A stretch of DNA of 64,000 bases from Eledone cirrhosa (taxonomy: Eukaryota). Position numbers and translations under genes: made by a program. The notes beneath the pieces are model-generated. The model did not search any database and was not told the origin of the DNA. It saw nothing but the letters and a program-made list of their open reading frames with translations. Positions 38,108-50,209 of this stretch are shown here, piece after piece (position 1 is the first letter of the stretch; each line of letters opens with the position of its first letter). The stretch lies in the NCBI GenBank assembly GCA_964016885.1, contig CAXHJY010000708.1, positions 134,821-198,820 on the forward strand, in the 5' to 3' direction.

Positions 38108-41100
38108 TAATTATGTAAAAACATATTTATACCCCTAAGCATAATATATGTGTCTAAGCGCGGGCGTATGTATATTTATGCGCTAAGTTTCCATACAAGT
38201 GCATGTAGAATTCGTCAACTGCAGTTTTGTAATGATATAATGAAAAATTATTTATTTCAGTAAACGAATAACACTTTTCATTAATTACACCTTATATTTA
38301 TTTGGTAATTTTTGTCAGATGAACCGAAAAAAAAAAAAAATGGGTTGCTGTTCCCTTATCATAATAACAGACGGAAACAACTTGTCATTCCAGTTACCAC
38401 TTGGGGCTTGTTGATAGCTGAACTTATTTTATTAATACTTAATAGTGTTTTGAAACTGTTCGTTTAACATATACAATTATAAATCTTTCAATTACTTTTC
38501 TCAGTTCATTGCTGTTGAATATATTGGAATGTTCATTTTCCAGCTCATTCGTCTAGAACATGTTTTATGTGAAAATTATTGAAGCAAATTCAATAGAATG
38601 GAATATATGAATTCTTTGTTGATTTATGCAGATATATTTCTATCATATTTACTGAAATAAAGAAATCTAACACCATATTAAGCTATGTGCTATTTAATAG
38701 ATATTACATAACAAAAATGAAGTCAATATTAGGGAAATCTCAATTTGTTTGGGTCTAAGGATCACTGGTATTTAGTGGATATCAGTTTTTTAATCAGTAA
38801 TCCTTTTGGGACCACTATAATATTTATAGAACCTGTGTCATAGCTTCTGTTTCCACAGTTGTTGTTTAGACCCTCATCAATCCTATAGCTCCCTCCTCAT
38901 TTTTATTGGATGTTTAAGATTACTTTATCTAATGTGTCATTTTCTTTAGGGTGCAATTTACAGGGGATGAGGGTGGAATTTGGTTATTATTTTCAGTAGC
39001 TTGAACGACCACATAGCTTTCTCATTGTATGAAGCTTTATTAGTATTCAACAAATGTGAGGAAACTTTCCATGGATAGATAGCTAGTTAATCTATTGCAA
39101 GTAACTTGCTGAACATTCATAGTCAAGTACACTATCCAGAGAAATGAGGTTTGTTATGTTGATATTCTCATCTGGATAAATTCAACATCTTGACCTCTTA
39201 CTTTTTCTTCTTCATCATTTTTATGTCCACTTTTCCTACTGACAAGTTTCATGTGTTGTCACAATTCGAGTTGGTTCTTATTCAGAGTTATTGCCTTCCA
39301 AGATGGGTTGGAGGACTATGCCTTGTTCGTATGTTCCATTTGTGGCATGGTTTCTTCCCTGTGTGTATTTGGTGCATTTATCATGGCACTAATACTAGAG
39401 CAGTTATCTTGTCCTCAGCAAGTCTAAAAAGCCCTCTCTGTCTTAGTGTCTTGATTTGATCATCAATCACTTTACATTTACATTTTATCATGGAACCAGC
39501 AGTGGGATGGTTGTCTTGTTCCCTGTAAGTCAAAAGAGTCTTTACTATGATGTTCTTGCTCATTCAGAGCAATGTGACCAAGAGGTTGAAAAGAAGAGAG
39601 AGAGCAATGGCAGAAGAACAAGGGTGAGTGGGTGAAGGGAACAACAATATGATGGGAGAAAGAGTGATTGGGGTGAGTGGATGATAGAGGAGGGAGTGAT
39701 GGAAGATAGATGGTGTTGGAGGGACTAATGGAGAGGAGACTAATGGCAGGGAATATTGGAAGTAACACAGTAATAGCAGCTACATGTTTATTGGTGAGAG
39801 AGTTGTTGAGGAATTTATATTATTTCTGTGAATTACATCATTATTTATATCTGAAGGACCAGATAGTATCTTAGCTTAAAGTTTTCCTGGTAATCGTTTT
39901 TAGAAATATTTTATCTCTTTATGAATCAGCTTACTGAAATGAATTGCATGTTTGTACTGCAAATGTTGATTGGGTGAGAAAAGCAAAATATCATTGCGAG
40001 CTGTGATTGAGCAGATTTAGTCTAAACTATTTAACACTAGCTAAGCCTATTGGCATTTTTAAAAAAAATGATATTTAAAAGTAATTTAAAGTAATAAAGG
40101 GTTTATTGTTGTTATTTTTTGTTTTGTTTTAAAAATGCTGTCTGTTAAACACAAAGAGAAAAATCCTTAGTGTAAAATTTTTTTGCTTTGATTTATCAAG
40201 TTGTAAAATACAAGTCATACTTCTGGTATCAGATTGAAAAAAGTACTTTATATGAATATTTTCTGTTAGTCTTGTGAGGTTTCCTCTTCCTCATCATAGT
40301 TGTTCTTATCAAGTTTCTCACATCTCTATGGATTGGTTGGTGTGTTAGTATTTAGCAAACTTTCAAACACATAGTTGTCAGCTTCTGATACAACAATCAT
40401 TTATGGCTTCTCTTATTCAAGAGCTGTTGATAGTTTTACTTTTTACTCTTTCTTCTTGTCTTTATTTTACCTATGAGACATTAACCCTTTTCATACCATA
40501 CTTTGGTTCTACAATACTATGCTGTTTATTTTGATGCCATATTTATATAAAAATCTTCCATTGTGATTTTATGTAAGAACTTTTGTTAAATTCCAAACAG
40601 CTTAATAACGAGAAAGTTTGTTATATTACTATATCTCTCCAATTCTTGATTATTTTCAAAATTATTTGAAAACCATAAGCAGTGTCTTTAATGGTTTTTT
40701 ATTCGATTCATTAAATGATTGAAATTAAATTGATGTGTGATGGTGTTTAAGATGTGAGGTGTGGAAGGCAGGAAAAATACATAGTTTACATTATGATAAA
40801 TATAATTACATTGAATTATAATGATACAATAATAGAAAATATGTGATATTTAAAAGTGTTCATGTAAATACATGTGGTGTATGTGTACAGTTCCATGAGT
40901 TTAGGGTAGAAAATGAGCTTGATTTTGATTCACAACTGTTAAACATGGCATCAATTGTGTTGTCCAAGTCTATTGACATCAGACTGATCTGGAATCCAAG
41001 CCTCTTTACATAATAGTGAGAAATCATGGATGGTTTGTTATGGACAACTGAATCTCTTGTGCTTCTTACTGTCTATAAAACTATTTGTTGTTTACTCCCA

Positions 41101-41209
41101 GAAAAACAATTATTGTCTGCTTCATTGTGTTTTATTTGCTGACATTAGATGTTTCTTTTTCGTGTCAAGTGAAAGCAAATCAAGAGTTTCAGGTTTCGAA
41201 TCCACATAG

Positions 41210-41350
41210 AAACTTGCTACATGGTATTCTAATTCTTAAATCAGTGATACACAACCTGCTACATGATATTTTAACTCTTAAAGCAATGATACACAACCTG
41301 CTACATGACATTTTAACTATTAAAGCAGTAATGCACAACTTACTACATGA
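41210..41350. repeat. 42-bp tandem repeat, about 3.5 units
   Basis: gatacacaacctgctacatga at 41246 and 41288, with degenerate flanking units. Confidence 0.8.
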
Positions 41351-42934
41351 AGGATACTTCATGGACCACCACATGCAACACAGTAGGACATAAAACCCAA
41401 CATAGACCACCAAATTTTGGTGTAGATCACTGGTAGTTCATCTTTGATTTTAAAACAGACAGAGGTTACCATTAAGGTTAACTAGGCAGATGCCTAGGGT
41501 GCAGATCTCAGAGAAGCATATTATTGAACTTTAAAGGATCTCAGTTATATACAAATTTGTATGATTAAATTAAATATAAAATAATTTCCTGTAATCAATG
41601 AGTAAATCACTGAACATCTTTGTCACTTAGCATCAATGTGAAAATACCCAAAGCTGTGGAGAAATTTGTATGTTATGATCTGTCACATGACTTCGCATAG
41701 GTGAATGTGGTCTGTATGGTGGAAAATTTAGGCTTACTAGTTTCCCTAATATGGTTATAGCAAGAAGTGTCAAAAACTAGGTTCATCAGTTTACTAAATT
41801 TTAAGTTGAAATTATTATATTTGGCAGAATAGGGGGCACGCATTGTAGAGTTAGTCTAGGGTGGTAAATACCCAGGAGCCAGCTCTGTCTTAAATTATTA
41901 AATTTTGTTTTTCTTATTTTCTTATGGTTTTGGTTATTGTTTTTGGAAGGAGTGTAGAGTGCTGAACAAAATGTTTTGCAGTATTTAGTAACATCCCTTT
42001 ACAAACTAAGCTCAAATTCTACTGGAGTTGGCTTGCCTTTCATCTTTTTGGTGAAGGATTGATGAAATAAGTTCCAGGTATATACTGAGGTCAATTGAAT
42101 CAAATATAATTTCTGACTTCTTATGAATGTAAGAAATCCTTATTGTTGCTGTTGATATTATTCATAGGAAATATGTTTTAAAAACTTAGACTATTCACTT
42201 TTTTTGTTCTTTAGCCTGTTTCTTTCTCGTCTAAACTCTGACATTTCTGTATTACATACAAATAGAATATACAATGACTAGAACCACTGAGAGAACATTT
42301 TCAAGGTGGAACGTGACTACTTTTGAGTCTAAGGAGGGAGCCCTTTCAAAATTGAATGGGTCGAAGCAATTTTTAAGGAGTGGGGGAGGAGGCAAACCAG
42401 CTGAACCTCCTACTTCTTTTATAAACTCTGGTAATGAAGCTAATTGTTTGTTTTATTGGCATGACGACTAGTAAAACTATTAAATAAAACAGTATATTCA
42501 TATAATATTTATAGGAATATATTTAGTATTGCGATAGCCTTAGTTTGTTTAGTTTTGTTAAACATTGTTCAACAATGTTTACTTGTTTTTGATACATCTG
42601 TTGTCTTGATTAATTAAAGTTATTCTGTTCACCACATTATATATGTTGACATTTCACTATTGGGCAGCTTTGGTTATGTGGGCTCAAGACAATATGTCAA
42701 GAGATTTCTATATTGGGTCATCTTCAGAAATTGTGATCAGGTAGAAAGAACACTGTACTTGATATTTGATGAATGGCTCATTGAATGAGACCCTAAGTAA
42801 CTGATACTTAGGTGACCAGCTAGATCCTGTTGTAGTGCACCTGAACACTGTACACAATAATTTCATTATTATCCTGTCTCACTCATATCTCAAGCTTAAT
42901 AATATTTAGGTGACCTTGTAAAATGTATTACAAG

Positions 42935-43290
42935 TGCAGATGTGAAAATAAAATGTACCTATCCCACACAGTAAAGTGGTAGTGGTGTTGTCATGATAAA
43001 ATGTACCCAGCCCTCACAGTAAAGTGGTAGTGGTGGTGTCATGAAAAAAATGTACCCAACCCACTCAGTTAAGTGGTAGTGCTAGTATCATGATAAAAAG
43101 TATCTAGCTCACACTATAAATAACAAAATATGAATCCAGCCTACACTGTAAAGTGACAGTGTCCGTGCTATGATAAAATTTATCCACTCCACACTATAAA
43201 ACGGTTGTGGTGGTGCCATGAAAAAAAGCACACAGTCCACCCTGTCAGGTGGTAGTGGTGGTGCATTAAGAATATGAACCCAGTACATGC
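42935..43290. repeat. Diverged minisatellite of about 60 bp (atgataaaatgtacccagc...acagtaaagtggtagtggtg)
   Basis: About 6 units; resembles an internal segment of dispersed GAT-tailed repeats elsewhere in the window. Confidence 0.75.
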
Positions 43291-44730
43291 TGTGGTGTCA
43301 CTGGCATTAGAGTCTCTAGCTATATAAACCAAGCTAAAATAGAAGCCACGGTCATCTTATCTGTCTTTCCTCAGAATGTGACAACCTGTCTAACTCATGC
43401 AAATATGGAAAACAAATGTAAAATGGTGATGATAATATCTACAACTTAGATGATACAATATCTACAGCTTAGTGACCACTATTTTGACATGTATATTGTT
43501 TTTCATTTTTATATACAACCATCATCATTTATAATTTATATCTAACTGCTTTCCATGATGGCATGGGTTGGCTGAGCTGTTAGGGTCTGAATTCGTTCTT
43601 AGTCTAAGTTATTGCTCTCCTATATGGAACAGAGAACTATGATGTCTTGTTCAAGCATTCCATTTCTGGCATGATTTTTTATAAGGGGTACTAGGAGGAT
43701 TTTATTGTGATATGAGCATCAGAAAGGTTGACATGTCCTCAACAAGATCAAAGAGTTCTCTGTATTCTTACAGCATTAGAGAGGTTGTCATGTCCTCAAA
43801 ATCATGACCAAAAAATCCTCTGTACTCTCTACTCTACATTGTCACCATTTGCCAACAATTTTACAGAGACTACTGGGTGCCTTTTATCACGGCACTAATA
43901 ATTATGATTCCAATCGTTAGTGAAGTGATCACTGGGTGACCTTGAATATTGTGATGCTTTCATCCATGCTGTAGTATATTTACCCTACACTGAATAATAT
44001 AATGCATATATAACATATGGTTTGAAATATTTACTGATTCAGTCACAACTGGTGACTGATATTATGCCAGATACTTCAGGGTAAATAAAGTTTGCAATTA
44101 GTTACACCCGTAAGAATACAAGCAGATATATGTTGTTTTATGAGTAAAGAAATATAGATAACATTGAGTTGATGAAGTAACATTTAGTTAACTATGTTAA
44201 TAAATCATAGACAATATATCCTAGACTGACCTATGTGAATGATCTATTAGACAACACTGGCTTCTATATTCTACATGCACTTGTAATGACCTATTTTTAA
44301 CTCAGCTAAAATTTTATACATGACACTTAATTTTACTGATTTCTTTTTTTTTTTAAGTTTAGGCTACATTTATATGGTATAGTAAGCACTAACATACTTA
44401 ATATGACAAGCATGATAACTTCCGTTAATCACTGTTATACACATATTGAAGGAGGGAGATAAACATCATTGAATATTCACCCAAACAATGACCAAAGTAG
44501 CAATTCAATATAATATATATATATATACACACACACACACAAACATATATATATCTATATATGGACGCACCCCAATTTAGAAGGTAATAATTAGAAAACA
44601 TAAATTGCCAGTTCCTACTACCAAGTAATATTTACTCCATTGAAATCTAACCTTATTTCAGCTTGAAATTCTCACTAATTGTGACAAATTCATCAGAAAC
44701 TAGGATGGAACACTAAATTATATTGAATAT

Positions 44731-46030
44731 AAGAAGTTCGTCCCAAAAGTAAGGGTACTGGTGTTATATTTAAATATATATTAGATGTAAATGAAATTAC
44801 AAGTTATCTCCTTCAAAATATACGACCTTTGGGAAGTAGCAGTACCGGAAGTCATTTTCTGTGAGTGTCCATGTCTTGTCGATTTCAATATTTTGTATAT
44901 ACTCCACAATCTCCAAAGGATGACCCTTCAACTTCGATTTCAATTTAGGGAAGAGGTAGAAATAAATTGTATGGACTCGATCTGAGCTATAGGGATGATG
45001 TGAAAGAGTGGGAATATTTTTCTTTACCAGAAATTCTCTAATTGAAGCAGTGAGCAGGTGTGTTATGATGGTGCAGTAACCTATCCCCTTTTGGACTTGC
45101 TGTGTGAGCAGGTGTGTTATGATGGTGCAGTAACCTATCCCCTTTTGGACTCGCTGGATCTGTTTTCGAAGTTATTCCAAGACATCTTTGTAGAATGTGC
45201 GATTAATTGTCTGTCCTAGAGGTAAAAATCTTTGTGAACACTACCACAGCTATTGAAAAAAATACTAAACATCATTTTCACCCTGTATCTGCTTATACAT
45301 GCTTTCTTTGGATGAGGATAATTTTTCATGCCATTCTTCACTTTGCTGTTTTATCTCTGGATTGTACTCAAACATCCATAATTCATCTCCTGTTATCACT
45401 TTATCCTAGAAATTTGGCCTAATTTCGAGTCTTTCTAGTAAATCCTGACAAATTTCCAGCCAGTTCATTTTTGCCCCACAGATAAGTGTTCAGGCACTAA
45501 AATTGCACCAATTTTTCACATGTGCAAATGGTTTAAAAATTCTGTAAACTGCATTTTTATCCAAGCCTGTCTCTTCTGCAATCCTAACATTTGATCAGCG
45601 ATCTTTCACCATCACCACTTGCACCACTTCCACATTTTGTTTATTTATTGACAAGATTGGTTTTCAACATGTTCTTGGCCTTCTTTGAAAGCTTTGTGTC
45701 TCTTAAAAACCTTACTTCTTGATAGAGAGACATTTCCATAAGCTTGTGTTAAAGAATCAAATGTTTCAGTGACAGATTTGTTGAGTTTCACACAAAATTT
45801 GATTGCGTACCATAGTTTGATATTTTCCTGCATCACAAATGTAACAGAGGTTATAAACATGTCTGTACATAAACAGCATTAACTAATGACTGACTCAATC
45901 AATCATGTTGAAACAGGTATGTGCGTAGAGCAAAGGTCATAACCACACCTATATAAATATATCAACGAGGTGTTGTTACCATGTCATACATAAGAAAATC
46001 GGAACCCTTACATTTGGTAAAAACCTTGTC
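44731..46030 (-). mobile_element. Decayed mariner transposon
   Basis: AIKFCVKLNKSVTETFDSLTQAYGNVSLSRSKVFKRHKAFKEGQE (mariner N-terminal HTH) at 45645-45860; degenerate TIRs ccaaaagtaagggt / acccttacatttgg; about 1.3 kb. Confidence 0.8.
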
Positions 46031-46973
46031 TGTAGTTTTGGATACAAAAATAATGTTAGGTCTGATTTATGTTTAGATTAAATCATGCAGTAGGCTTAGT
46101 GTTCAATTTATTTTAGCTTGAAATCCTCACTCTAAACTTATAATTCCCATTACTGAACAGCTTTTAGAGACATTTTATGAAGAAAAAATATATTTAATAA
46201 GCCATGAAACATGGTATATAATCTGGTTTGAAATGGTTTGATGAACTGAAGTTACAATTAGGAAACATTTAGTGTTATGAGGGGAAGAATAATCTGATAT
46301 TTGGCCAACTCAATGACAACTCCAGACATGTTTCAGTCTTATTAAAGTGCTTCTTTGGAGCATAGTCATTCACATGTCTACCAGATCGATAGAGAGTAAG
46401 AAATATATGTATAAGCAGAGTAGATTAATACACTGAAGTGTCAATAACTCTACTTGAGTATTCACTTAGTTTGTGATGACCCACCCTACTCTTTGCAAGC
46501 AGGGAAAACATGTTTAATAATAATAATAATAATGACGACAATGCAGCAGCAGCAGCATAAGAGAGAAAGTTTGAGAGTTCAAAATGTTATAAAAGTAATC
46601 TAAAAATATTTCAACAACCCTTACTGGTACAATGAAATATGTGTCCAATGAAGATAAAATCTTATGTTATAATATGTAGAATCCACTTAGAGTTGTAGTA
46701 TCTCATCCAATTTATGATGGATAATAGGTGTTATTTAGGCAGTCATTATATAAAGAGACCTGTAGCACAGAGTCAGTCATTTAAATACTTAGAAATAAGA
46801 AACATTTACTTCGTCGATTCTCACTACTTCATTGTATATGATAGTGGTACTTATTTTTTCAATCCTACATAAACGAAAGATATAGTTTAACCTGTTAATT
46901 AACACACTACCTGAAATCACTCCTGGTTTATTTGACAAGTCTTTATATTTATCTAAAAACCTTCCATTATAAT

Positions 46974-47160
46974 TGTTTCTACTTTTAGGCACAAGGCCAG
47001 CAATTACCCAGTGCATTACTGGTACTTTATTTTATCGACCCCGGAAGGATAAAAGGCAAAGTTAACCTCGGCGGGATTTGAACTCAGATCATACAAGGAG
47101 GTAACTCTATGCTTCAAAGCATGGCATCCGACCCTCTACCGATACTGCCAATCCACCGCC
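46974..47160 (-). mobile_element. Full-length ATT-tailed SINE with 17-bp TSD
   Basis: aaaccttccattataat at 46957-46973 and 47163-47179. Confidence 0.92.
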
Positions 47161-47179
47161 TTAAACCTTCCATTATAAT

Positions 47180-47366
47180 GGTGAATTGGCAGTATCGGTA
47201 GAGGGTTGGACGTCATGCTTTGCAGCACAGTTACGTCCCTTTACGGACTGAGTTCAAATCTCGCCGAGGTTAACTTTGCCTTTCATCCTTACGGGGTCGA
47301 TAAAATAAAGTACCAGTAATACACTGGGATAATTGCTGGCCTTGTGCCAAAAGTAGAAACAATTAT
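47180..47366 (+). mobile_element. ATT-tailed SINE, inverted relative to its neighbour
   Basis: Match to consensus; flanked by attataat. Confidence 0.9.
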
Positions 47367-47814
47367 AATTTTATGTAAAAACTGTTATTTTCCAAATACC
47401 AGATGTATAATGAGAAAGTTATATTACTAAATCACTCCAAATGTTTCATTTATCATCATCATCATCATCATTTAGCATCTGGTTTCCCAGGCCAGCACTC
47501 AAGTGGAATCACTGACCTCCAGGTGGGCCAGGGGCCTGACATACAGTCCTGTATTCTACTGAGTACATTTTATCATAGCACCAACTCTACAGAAGTTGTC
47601 ATGTCTTTGTCACAGCTGATGAGTCCCCCCCCCCACCGACCCATTTTAGGGCTGGGTTTCGATGGGTGATCACTTTTCTTATCACCAATCACTTTACAGA
47701 GTGTACAACATGCAACACTAGGGAGGTTGTCATGTTTATGGTACAACATTAAAAAAATCATTGGCAGTACTTTTCATTAGAAATATGCTAATGAAACAAA
47801 ACAATATATCTAAT

Positions 47815-48603
47815 GGTATTTAACTAATGTAATGGTACGTGATGGGGCCCACCCACAGCCCCGGCGGACAGAATGGAGAAGGCGTTTTCCCGGAGGACGG
47901 CAAGGGAGACGCGCTGGAAAAGCCACTCCAACTCGCGGGGCTCACATCTACGGCTGGCCAGCTCAGCGCCTATGGTGGTGAGTAAGGAGGTAGCCCTGGG
48001 GCCGAGGACACCAGAAGTTTCCACTGCCAGGGGAACGACCGCAAACCTGTCGGAGAGCGACCGGTATTTGAGGAGTTTGGCCACCTCAACCCGACGTGCA
48101 GCAGAACATGGGTCAGCCACAGACTGCACCAGGTTGCGGCTGCAGAAAGTGTCGGTGCAAGTAGCATCCCAGACGAGGGGTTTGCCACTGCGGAACGGGA
48201 AGATGGTCATGCCATCTGGCCTTTTGCCGTCCCCTAGATCCAGCCCCACCGGCTCGAGCTGGGAAGGGAAGCCTGCAGCGTCCAAGCCATGCTTAATGAC
48301 CTTGTTGAGGGCAGTATGGCGTGGAATGCGGCCGGCACTGTGGCGACAGGAAAGCGGGTGGAGGCCGAAAGAGTCCACGGTGGAACCGCAGCGACATTGG
48401 TGTGGCTGGCAGATCTTTCTCCCCCTGTTGACGTCAAGTCCCCCCAACGCACTTGGGATGCCATCCTGTGCAGCCTGGCCTCAGACAGGCTCACGCACGA
48501 GCTCGACAAGAACTGCCCTGCTTGTTTTCGTGCGGCCTCCAAACCCCACAGTGGTGCCTGGCTCCATGCTCTGCCCTCCTTCTCCACTGGCACGCAGCTA
48601 GAC
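47815..48603 (-). mobile_element. CRE-like RLE retrotransposon 3' fragment with an inverted 5' segment and 15-bp TSD
   Basis: Minus strand ICQPHQCRCG...RHTALN...DGKRPDG...WDATCTD...KY...AVETSG (zinc knuckle plus PD-D nuclease); plus strand 48424-48609 QRTWD...HSGAWLHALPSFSTGTQLDNN; TSD aacaatatatctaat. Confidence 0.85.
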
Positions 48604-48686
48604 AACAATATATCTAATTAGATTGCGAGTTTCCTAGTTAACAATTCTGTACCACTTCTCAAAGATGACCTCTTTCAGCTTCTTAA

Positions 48687-48895
48687 CCCTTTTGTTACAG
48701 TATTTCTTATAAAATACACTGCTTATGTGTTTCAATCAATTTTGAAAATAATCAGTTTGGTAGAATTGAATAAAATAACTTTCATTAGTTAATAAAGCAA
48801 CTCTTTTATTAGTAAACATTACTTAACATATTTCAAAATGAATAGTTTTGTATCATAAATCCAGGACAATTTCTTGTGGTTTGGTATCAAAAGTG
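48687..48895. mobile_element. Older TTAA-flanked MITE; related ends near 29150, 30930, 40485 and 49540
   Basis: ttaacccttttgttac ... ggtatcaaaagtgttaa. Confidence 0.55.
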
Positions 48896-49809
48896 TTAAT
48901 ACTAATGACACTTACATGACAATTATGATCTATTATTGAATAATATAAAAAAATAAACAACCGAAAGTATGAATTATCTTTTGCTATGATTAATGAAATA
49001 TGGAAAGTGAATCAAATGAGTTAATAATTTGTCTAGTCAATTGTCTAATACTTCTATTTGTTGAAGGTTTATATACAAGCTGTTATTTATTTAATTTAAA
49101 GAAAACTGTTTTTAATTATTGGACTGCATTCATTGGGATATTATCTTCAAGGATTTAGTTGATCATATTAGCACCAGTACATATTTTACATCCTTACGGG
49201 GTCGATAAAATAAAGTACCAGTAATGCACTGGATAATTGCTGGCCTTGTGCCTAAAGTAGAAACAATTACTTACTTTACCAAACTCTGTTAAACTGCTAA
49301 GTTCTTTCGTTACCATATTTCTAATGAAGGATATTACCTACAATTTTCAAATAATGTTGAAAATAATCAAATTTAGAGAGATTTAGTAATAAACTAACTT
49401 TCTCATTATCAAGCTGGTGTTTGGATCATAAGTTAACACAGGTTTATACATAGAATTATGATGGAAGGTTTTAGTTATATATTAAACAGCTTTATATTGT
49501 ATATCCAATGGTTGTTTTGAGGTAGTTTGGTATCAAAAGGGTTAATGGGCAAAGAGGGGCATAGTATCTTTTGACTGGTGTAAATGTAAACACACGCACA
49601 TGATAGGCTTCTGTCTACTAAATTTAATTCACAAGGTGTAGGACAGTCCAAAGCTATTGTTAACACTCAAATGGGTGACCTCGTTGTGAAACTTAAGCAT
49701 TTTATAAACTGTGGTTAAGGAGTTTGCATCATGATTACGTAGTTCTAGATTTGATTCTACAGTGTAGCCCCTGTATTAATAAGACTCAATATTACTTAAT
49801 TCTCCTAAG

Positions 49810-50209
49810 GGTAGTGGATTAGTAGTATTGGTAGGCGGGTTGGATGTTTTGTGGCATATGGTTATGTCCCTTTATGTTCTGAGTTCAGATCTCACCGAGG
49901 TTAGCTTTGCTTTTCATCCACACAGGGATTGATAAAATAAAGTGCCAGTAACCCACTAGGGTCAATTTAATCGACCTTCCCCTCTACCAAAATCGTTGGC
50001 TTTGTGCCAAATGTAGAAACCATTATTGGCAGTATCAGTATAGGGTCGGACGCCATACTTTGCAGCAAAGAGTTACAGCCCTTTATGGTCTGAGTTCAAG
50101 TCCCGCCGAGGTTAACTTTGCCTTTCATACTTACGGGGTCGATAAAATAAAGTACCAGTAATGCACTGGGATGATTGCTGGCCTTGTGCCAAAAGTAGAA
50201 ACAATTATT
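49810..50209 (+). mobile_element. Two head-to-tail ATT-tailed SINEs (long variant, then short variant)
   Basis: The second copy starts immediately after gaaaccattat at about 50026. Confidence 0.88.

Noticed and set aside
39676-39700. IP3R exon 2 (gtggatgataga = VDDR)
   Set aside because: The following residues are GGSD rather than CVV, there is no acceptor site, and the context is purine-rich low complexity.
47080-47160. tRNA genes at A/B-box motifs (also 18816, 53870 and others)
   Set aside because: These are tRNA-derived SINE heads with no complete cloverleaf, and they continue into SINE bodies.
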